A stretch of DNA of 64,000 nt from Octopus vulgaris (taxonomy: Eukaryota): NCBI GenBank assembly GCA_951406725.2, contig OX597814.1:73036001-73100000 (forward strand). Direction: 5' to 3'. The stretch's first letter is position 1, and each line of letters begins with the position of its first letter. This document shows, piece after piece, positions 48,780 through 64,000 of the stretch. The position numbers were made by a program, and so were the translations under genes. The notes beneath the pieces are model-generated. The model worked only from the letters and a program-made list of their open reading frames with translations, was not told where the DNA came from and searched no databases.

Positions 48780-50119
48780 GTAAGTTAACTTTTTTTTGTA
48801 TCACGTTTATATTTTTAACATTATCGAGCTCAGTGTTTTCGTCTCTTAAATTAATTTACCTTACAAACATACACATATCCATATATTCCCCTCTCAATAT
48901 TATTGTTATTAAGAATTACAGTGCATTCTCCGTATACTTGCCATATACACCCCAACCACTGCTATTCACAAATTCATATCCAGCTACATCTAACAATCAG
49001 AAACTGTGGGACCTTCGGAAGCTATAAATCTTCATTAAGCAATAGGAAATTTATATAAATAGTAATATAAGTTTTATTTATTTTATGTTATTTTAGCGTT
49101 GTTGTGCAGCCATTCATTTTTCAGTGTTTGGAAATATGTTATTTGGCAGGGAGGTGGTGGCCGGATGGAGAGAACTACATTTTCATGAGTGTCTAAAGTG
49201 CAGTACAAATTTTCATAGTGTTTTTTCTTCTTTTCTCTCTGAAGCCAAGCGGAATGATTGTTTGTTAATGTTTTTTATTGTTATGAAGTCAGAAGGAAGG
49301 GATGATTGCTATTATTTTGAAGCCAGATGGGAGGGTTAAATAATATTGTAAACAAATACAGAGGAAAACATTATATGTAATATCCATATATGAGTATTTA
49401 AGTGACTTAACAATGTAGTTAATAGGTCAAGGGAGCAGGGAGTTGCTAAATAGGTTTTCTTCTTGTAAGCAGGAAACTGGAGGCCTTTTCCTTTTGTTAT
49501 TTAACTAAGCAATGGACACATAATTTCAAAGTAATAATGATACACGCAGAAAAAATATTTTAATTTACTCGGTTTTTCATTCGAAACTGTTTACTTTCAG
49601 GTATGTTATTTAATGCTTTAGGAAAATATATATGAACATACGATTTCTTTTTCTTCTCTATAATTTGCATGTTCGTAACCCTGCTACTGTTGATGAGCAA
49701 GTCAGCGAAAGAGTTTATAAATTATTGTTTGACTTGCTAGAAATGGCAGTCAACTTTTCGTTATCATATCCTACATCTTAAGACATAACTACCAAGTCTT
49801 CTTCGAATCACATCTACTGTCTTACGAAAGGACATATTAGACATGGTCCTCAATACACTTTTTGAATAAGAAGATGGGACAGTCACGGCTCGGACTCTTT
49901 TAAACATCGGAACTAAACAACAGCTGTTGGCAGTGCCGGTTAGAGAGGGTATCAACCATGGTATTTATCAAGGGGTCCTGTCACTATTAACAAAAGAAGG
50001 AAAAAACACTCCGAATTACAAAAAAAACAACAACAACACAATTGTATATTTATTAGTGACAGGTATAGTTGTGTATGTGAGAGAGTGAAGTATCAATATA
50101 CATATCAAGGAAAACTTCC

Positions 50120-50595
50120 GCATTCAGTGTTTGTTGATACAGTAATATTTTTACAACTAGGTGGGTTTTGCAGTTTAGCCTCGAGAATAACGCTATATAA
50201 CGGGGTCGATAAATCAAGTACCAACTGCGTACTGGAGTCGCTCTAATCGACTGGCCCCCTCCCCACAAATTTCGGACCTTGTGCCTAGAGCAGAAAAGAA
50301 TATTTTGTTTTGTAGTGGGATTGAAATTTTTAATGTCATACATACATCATATGTTTATACACGAGAGAGCCCATATGCCGTCGCTCATCCTGCTGGAAAT
50401 AACTGTAAAATCTTTCTCATTTACTGTCTGAAGAAAAAAAAAGTGGGGTACTTTCGATTTGCTTTAGCAGAGATGACTTCGGGTTTAAACAACACAATAT
50501 GCAGTGTCTCGGCTTAGAATGAACGAGATAATCGTATGTATTCATATCGATACCTGGATGCTCACGGATGAGCATATTTAAAACTTCAGCTGACC
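50120..50595 (+). repeat. Local duplication, copy 1 (carries a SINE piece at ~50201-50302); copy 2 at 53068-53476
   Basis: CATTCAGTGTT..GATACAGTAATATTTTTACA ... GGGTTTAAACAACACAATATGCAGTGTCTCxGCTTAGAATGAA ... TTCAGCTGA is shared by both copies. Confidence 0.8.
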
Positions 50596-53531
50596 GCAAT
50601 GTGTGCATGCGTGTGTGTATTGTAATAAGGAAAAGTTATGAATTCTGGTTTGTTTTATTTTCATCGTAGGTTTTTATTTCTTTTCTTTTCTGTTATAAAG
50701 TATGTATCATTGTGTTGAATCAGCTGAGAACAAACTGGGGAAATAAAAACCAGTCCCATTTATGTTCACTGTAATCACTACCCCCATCAACATCATTATA
50801 TTACAGGATTTGTTTGTTTCAGTTTTCATAGGACTACAAAATCAGCTGGAAGTGACTACTTTTTAATAGAAGTCAAGGCGGCAAAGTTGTGACAAGCGAT
50901 TTTGAATATGTAATGGATTTAATCTCTGCATTTTAAATGCTAACAGAATTAACTTTGCCCGTCGTTCTTTTGGGCTTCAGTAAAATAGTATCAGTAATAT
51001 ACTGAGTCAATTTAATGAACACAGATTGTATCTCTTGCCTTGTAAAAAAAAAAAATCAATATTTATAGAGATGCAGTAATTGTTAACGTTGTAAACAGTT
51101 TTATGGAACAGAGATATGTTGCAGTATAATGCAGCATAGTGTACTGCAGTGTACTGGGGTGCTTAAGAGGTATTCTGATATTTTCAGGCTTAGGGTGGAT
51201 ATTTATGCTACAAGGTCATATCATGTTTCTACATTATCTTTATTTGTTTCATTTAATGCTGTTGTAGAACTTAACCTCTCCATTTGGCAATGATTCAGGT
51301 GAGGGAAAATTTCAACTTAGGATTCCAAGTGTAATCAGCATTCTCATGTTTTGATCATTGCAAATGAAAAAAAACAAAACAAATTCATAAAGAATCAAAT
51401 AAACAATTTTTTCTTGTTGAGATAAAGCTCCAGGTATATAAAGGTGAAGAATTAAGACTGTTCAATGTTACTGTCTTTTGCCAAAAACATTAATGATGTA
51501 AAAAAATGATAATCTGTTGGGGAATTGCAGAGGGACCTGGCTATACCCAGTTATGAAGATAGAACACATATACATTGATACTGACCAGTACCACTAATGA
51601 GATTTTAGATAGGCACACACACACACACACACACACATATTATAGTTTGATACACCTATGTAAATAAATGGAAACTAATAGACTAAACCACCTTAGTATA
51701 TTACTATCAGTACCTCTAAACAGACCTATAATTAATTTTCCATAACAGTTCACTAATGAGATATTTTTAAAAATTATTCTTTTATGAGCTGGCATGAATT
51801 CTAGTAAACTTTTAGAGCTGTATCGAAAATTGACAATGGTACAATTGAAGTATAATAGAAAGGAGTTTTTGATGAAAGCCATAAGACATGCCAACTAGAA
51901 TTAAATCCATTATGAAGTTTCTTAACTGGTCACTCAAGAAGTTGTTAGCAATGAAGTGTCTCTGTGTGTGTTTGTTCCTTTATTTCAGTTAATTGTCAGG
52001 TGTATGTTGATGGATGGATAGGAAACCAGAGACCAATATTATATATTAATGTATGGGAGTATGTTATTCAATGTTGTACTGTGAATATAAATTTGTAACC
52101 CATTCCAACATTGTATGATTTAAATAATGGGAAAATTCTGCATTCGCTTAATACAAAAGAACATTGCAAAAGGCTATTTCTGTTGCATCTTTTCATCAAG
52201 TTTTCAAACTGCTGCAATCATCATTGTCACACTCCTTCCTCTCTCTTGATGTCTCTCATTGTCTATTTCACTCTCTTCCACTATGCCAGATATAGGCAGA
52301 GAGTAAGAAAGATTAAAGAGAGACTGAAGGAGAAAAAATAAGGTTAAAAACCAATTTGATGTCACACAAACATACTGGTACCACATCGCCATTACTCTCC
52401 CTAATTATAGCCCTCCTTCTTGAATGTGTCTCACATTCTCTACCTCTCTCTATTTCCCTTCATGTATGTCACTTGTTCTCTATTCCACTATTCTGTGGAG
52501 GAAAGAGATATTGGACATAACTACTTCATTTTTGATTTTCTCTCTGTACATTATTTTGCTTGTGAGATAACAGAGTGCATTTTGAGGGAGGTTTGGCTGA
52601 TATTTTTCTTATCAAATGTTACACAAACTTCCTTGTGAAGTGTTGAATAATAATAATATAAATAGTCTTACAGGTCTTTATTTTATAGTTTCTGATTACA
52701 AGGCAGATATACAAGCAGACAATTCATACATATATAGAGAGAGATATTGTTTCTACTTCACAGCACACACTAGATTTATCATTGACTAGACATAAAACTC
52801 CAGGATTATAAAGTTAGTCAAATAAATTGAAAATTCATGCCTTTCTTGAGAGTATTATTGATGGCAGAAAACTAGTTTCAACTAGATATAAAGCCTCACT
52901 TGGCTGCATTCTGTAAGCCTCAGTGCCGGATTTATTTAGACTTTGAATTTATTGGGGTTGAGTAAAGAAGGAGGGTAACATGGTTTCTTAAATTGATGTA
53001 AGGTGACAAATTTAAGTGGGAAAGGTATAATTCAGTAGGAGTTTTTGATGAAAGCCTTATGACATGACATTCAGTGTTCGTAGATACAGTAATATTTTTA
53101 CATACTTTACCTAAATGGAGCTAGGTGGATCTTGTAGTTTAGACTCAAGAATAACGCTATATAACAGGATGGTAATGTTTTGTAGTGGTATTGACATTTT
53201 CAATGTCACACACACACTGTATATTTATACACGAGGGAGCCTCTATGCCATCACTTATCCTGCTGGAAATAACTGTCAAATCTTTCTCATCTCATACCCT
53301 TTACTATCTTTAAAAAAAAAGATACCTTCGCTACACATTTACATTAGCAGAGCTGACTTTGGGTTTAAACAACACAATATGCAGTGTCTCAGCTTAGAAT
53401 GAATGAGATATGTAATCGTATGTATCATATCCATACATGGATGCTCATGGACATGCATGTATAAAATTTCAGCTGAGTACTACATCATATAAATATTTGT
53501 GATACATACTGGATAGGATAGTTTAAGGAAA

Positions 53532-53820
53532 TCTATATATAAATAAAACTGAGAATGTGTGTTTGTCTGTCTGTGTGTGTGTCTGTATGTGTGCATAACT
53601 AAACCTTGAGAACTACCCAACCAAATTCATTCACATTTTACACATGCCTTACTTAGGGACCAGCAGTGTCATGGTCCAAACAAATTTTCAGCTTCTTGCA
53701 TAATGTAGCACTGAAGCAATTTCCTTACACTATTTCAGTATTATGTGTCAAAAGTAAAACAATAACATTTCTATTGTAATTTCAAATGATGCTTTCAGTT
53801 TTAATAGTTTCACTATATGT
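53532..53820 (+). mobile_element. Helitron-like 5' fragment
   Basis: A|TCTATATATAAATAAAACTGAGAATG followed by a (TGTC)n tract, like the 45693 and 23645 termini. Shares CTTACACTATTTCAGTATTATGTGT with 22173 and 10445. Confidence 0.55.
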
Positions 53821-53855
53821 ATACATGTATATATATATGTATATATATATATGTC

Positions 53856-53896
<41 letters not shown>

Positions 53897-54033
53897 GTCT
53901 GTGTGTATATATATATAGATGTATATATATATATATGTCTGTGTGTATATATATATATGTCTGTGTGTATATATATATATATATGTATGTATATATATAT
54001 ATGTGTATATATATATATGTCTGTGTGTATGTA

Positions 54034-54067
<34 letters not shown>

Positions 54068-54182
54068 GATGTATATATATATATATAGATGTATATATAT
54101 ATATAGATGTATATATATATATATATAGATGTATATATATATATATATATATATAGATGTATGTATATATATAGATGTATAT

Positions 54183-57100
54183 ACTCTTTTACTCTTTTAC
54201 TTGTTTCAGCCATCCGGCTGAGGCCATGCTGGGGCACCGCCCTTGTTGCTACCCTCTCTAAGTCCAGTTTGCCGTGGCTGGCCACTGATCTAAGAGAGAG
54301 TTTGTAGCTGCTGCCCTTAGGTTACCTTCGTACCTTGCAGTGGGTTCATCTGGGATCCCGGAAAGCAGCTTGTCTAGATGTTTTTTGAAAATGTCCACAT
54401 CCGCATCATGTAGATCTCTTAGTTTTCTTGGCAGTTTGTTGAACAGCTGAGGGCCCCTGAACCCCAGGCTATTACAGTATCTGCTCCTTACCCTGGATGT
54501 GGAAGACGGGACCTTTGGCACCACACAGTGACGTCCTGTACGGGGATTGGAACAGCTCTCAATTCCAAAATTTGGTGCTAGTCCCTCCAGGATTTTCCAT
54601 ATGTATATCACTGCATATCTCTCTCGTCTTCATTCCAAGGAGTACAAATTGAGTTCCCTAAGCCTCTCCCAATAGTTCTTTTCTTTCATGGTGGAAATCC
54701 TCTTGGTGAAATGTCTTTGGATTGTCTCAAGCTCTGTGGTTAGTTTGACACTATGCGGTGACCACAGTTGGGAGCAGTAGTCCAGGCGGCTTAGGACAAA
54801 TGTCCTCCATAGTGTCAACATGGTCTCGCAGTCTCTTGTCCGGAATGTCCTCAGGATCCAGCCAGTGAGTCGTCTGCACATTGTCGCCACCTTCGCGATG
54901 TGTGAAGAAAAGGATGCATCGTCACTCATGTCTATCCCCAGGTCCCGTATTGATTTCGATACTGGGATTTCGATCCCTGCTGGACCAGTATAGTTGTGTT
55001 GTAATGTATATGTGTTTACAGCTTGATATTGTAAGGCTTGAAATTTACCAGCATTAAATTGCATGTTGTTGTCTTCAGCCCATTTGTATATGGCATCCAG
55101 ATCTTGTTGTAAAAGGTCAGCATCAGCTGGGTTTTTGATTGCCTGTGCTACCTTTGTGTCATCAGCATAGCTAGTGAGGGATGTTGTTTGTGCTACCAAG
55201 GGCATGTCAGAGAGCGCCACCAAAAACAGCAAGGGTCCCAAGACTGTGCCCTGTGGCACCCCGCTTGCTATTGGTGTCTTTCCCGAGAGGGCTCCATTGG
55301 CTGCAACCATCTGGCTTCTGTCCTTCAGGAAGTCATGTATCCACTCACCTACTTTTCCTGTTATGCCGAGTCTGAGTAATTTGTGACATATCATTCCGTG
55401 GTCGACTTTGTCAAAGGCCTTCGCAAAGTCGAGATATACCACATCCACCTGTGAGCGATCCAGTAGTTGTTTCAGTACCCAGTCGTAGTGTTGTAACAGC
55501 TGCGTAAGGCAGCTTCTTCCTGGGCGAAAGCCATGCTGTGTGTCAGTGAGACGGTTAGTTTCTTCGAGGAACGTGATCAGTTTTTTTCTGATGATTCGTT
55601 CCATGACCTTACTTATGTGTGACGTCAGGGAGACTGGCCTGTAGTTTTTGGCCTCTGCTCTACTCCCTCCTTTGTGGATAGGGCATATGGTGCCTTCTTT
55701 TAGCACCCTGGGCAGTTTACCGTTAGCCAAGGAACCACTGAAGAGCTCCTTCAGTGGTCCCGCTAGGGCATGCCTGCATGTTTTTAGGAGGACTGCTGGG
55801 AATCCATCTGGTCCAGCAGCTGAGTTTATTCTCATTTCTTCTATGGCAGATATTACATCCCTCTCTGTTATGTCTATGTGGTCGATGGTTGTTGTTTGGT
55901 TTTGGAGTGTTGTGGCATCAAAGAAAACTTCTGGGTTTGTGATTTGCATGTGCCCCAGAGGGGATGTGAACACACTTTTATACTGTTCCTTTAGTATTTC
56001 ACTTATCCCTTGGGGGTCCTCAGTTAGAGAGCCCTTTTTATCAAAGAGTGGGCCAATCTTGCAGTGTACCGAGGTGGTTTCTTTCGCAAATTTAAAGAAG
56101 GCTTTAGGGTTTGTTTTAATATTCTCTATGGCCCTGGTTTCTCTCTCTGCCCTCTCCTTCTCATAGGAAAGTTTGAGTGCAGTTTCCGTTTCAAAAAGCT
56201 CAGGTGGAGTCCCTCATTGTTTCTCTGCCGTGCATTCAGTTGCTTCGAGAGCTTAGCTCTTCGCCTCATAAGTATTTTCCTGTCTCTGGGAATAACGTTC
56301 CTATGCCCGCTGGCTTTTTTCTCCGGGACAAACTTATGGCATATGTTCTGTATTGTTGTCATGAAATGTTGGAAATGTGTGTTGGTGTCTTGTGTGGTGA
56401 TGAAGTCACTCCAGTCATGTTTTCGGATCTCTTCGTTGATCTTCTTCCAGTTTGCCTTATGGAAGTTTAGACTGGATAGGCCTGTGGTATTTTCTAATGG
56501 CTGCGTCTCAACTAACTCTCTCATACCATATATCATTACCTCTACTAAGTTGTGATCTGAGAGAATTGTTGGTGTTACCATTATGTTGTGGATGAGCATC
56601 GGGTTGCTTGTGAAACAGAGGTCCAAGACATTCTCACCTCTTGTTGGCCGAAGCACTGCTTGTTCCATGAAAAACTTGCGTGTGAGAGCCAACAAGGACT
56701 CTGTCTGTCTCTGTTCAAGTGATGTCATTCCAGGGAGGAGATGGCCATCTGGCCACTTGACTTTCGGAAGGTTAAAATCTCCCAGCAGTAGAATGGTGTT
56801 ACCCTGGTCCAGTTTGTCCAGGACTTCTTCTATTCTTCTGAGGCTATCTTCAAACACTCCTTCATGACTAGGGGTGTCTGGTGGCCGATATGTGACACAT
56901 ATTACTATTTTCGGTTGTTTCATGTGTACTATCAGTGTGTCACAGACTGAGTTTGAGTGTGTCAACAGTACTATGGGTGTGACATCTTCACGGACGTACA
57001 GGGCAACCCCACCATGAGTTCTTTCCTTCCTGTCTGACCGAAAAACAGTATACTTTGGTATGTGTATTTCTGCATCTGCTATACTGCTTGACAGGTGCGT

Positions 57101-57219
57101 TTCAGTCAGCGCTATGCATATTGCATGGTTGCTTGTGCTTAAGTCCCTAAAGTAAGGAATTTTACTCATATCACCAGACCTCTGACATTTTACTCATGTC
57201 ACCAGACCTCTGACATTCA

Positions 57220-57222
<3 letters not shown>
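54183..57222 (-). mobile_element. CR1/L2-group LINE, APE + RT, with one frameshift (~56198) and one premature stop (54630)
   Basis: LTETHL, YRPP, LLGDFN, LDL, SDH (APE); NYRPVSLTS, QHGFR, DFAKAFDKVDH, GVPQGTVLGP, YADD (RT). Near-identical to 60341-63513. Confidence 0.95.
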
Positions 57223-57302
<80 letters not shown>

Positions 57303-57341
57303 TATGTATATATATATACATATATATATATACATATATAC

Positions 57342-57406
<65 letters not shown>

Positions 57407-57422
57407 ATATATATATATATAC

Positions 57423-57604
<182 letters not shown>

Positions 57605-57608
57605 CATA

Positions 57609-57950
<342 letters not shown>

Positions 57951-58209
57951 TTTATTATGTGGGGGGGGGCAGAAATATAGGGGAGCACCAGTGGGGAGGG
58001 CGTGGTTCAGAGGAATGATGACAGGTTCTTAGGCAAGTAGAACGTAGGATAGAGGGTAATGCATGGTGAAAATAGCGTATTGAGGAGGGGGCATTCGAAG
58101 AGTAGACACCTATAATGGTGGTGGGAGAAACAACATCCGGTATAGATGGAGCAAAAATATAGAGATATCCGGTATTGGTGGTGGGGGTGGGCAGGGTGGG
58201 TGCACCGCG

Positions 58210-60019
<1,810 letters not shown>

Positions 60020-60144
60020 CATATATATATATACATATATATATATACATATATATATACATATATATATATACATATATATATACATATATATATATAC
60101 ATATATATATATACATATATATATATACATATATATACATATAC

Positions 60145-60187
<43 letters not shown>

Positions 60188-60290
60188 TATATACATATAT
60201 ATATATACATATATATATATACATATATATATATATACATATATATATACATATATATATACATATATATATATACATATATATATATAC

Positions 60291-64000
<3,710 letters not shown>

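Noticed and set aside
55174-56867. Plus-strand ORFs within the left LINE and the mirror ORFs at 60828-62522
   Set aside because: They are antisense shadows of the LINE ORF2.

Overview
AT-rich eukaryotic (metazoan) DNA dominated by transposable elements and (TA)n/(CA)n/(TAA)n microsatellites. The SINE families resemble those I recall from octopus/cephalopod genomes; this is an inference, not checked. Most ORFs in the track are microsatellite or antisense artefacts. Real coding remnants are: one intact Penelope-like element (RT + GIY-YIG, 32758-35103); a second truncated Penelope; two near-identical CR1/L2-group LINEs in inverted orientation (54183-57222 and 60341-63513); three L1/Tx1-type LINE remnants; RTE fragments; a Dong/R4-type RLE fragment; and Helitron pieces. 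piggyBac-like MITEs and many tRNA-derived SINEs are also present. The most notable signal is a set of at least eight hammerhead-ribozyme-like motifs in (TA)n/(TAA)n-associated elements. They include a fully paired type I hammerhead with a very long stem II (9256-9362) inside a non-coding, terminally redundant 492-bp retrozyme-like unit, and U3-A8 covariant minimal hammerheads in the Penelope termini. Also notable are a SINE/LINE shared 3' tail and a composite element made of five 329-bp promoter-like monomers fused to an RTE tail. Host-gene evidence is limited to a few tentative exons.
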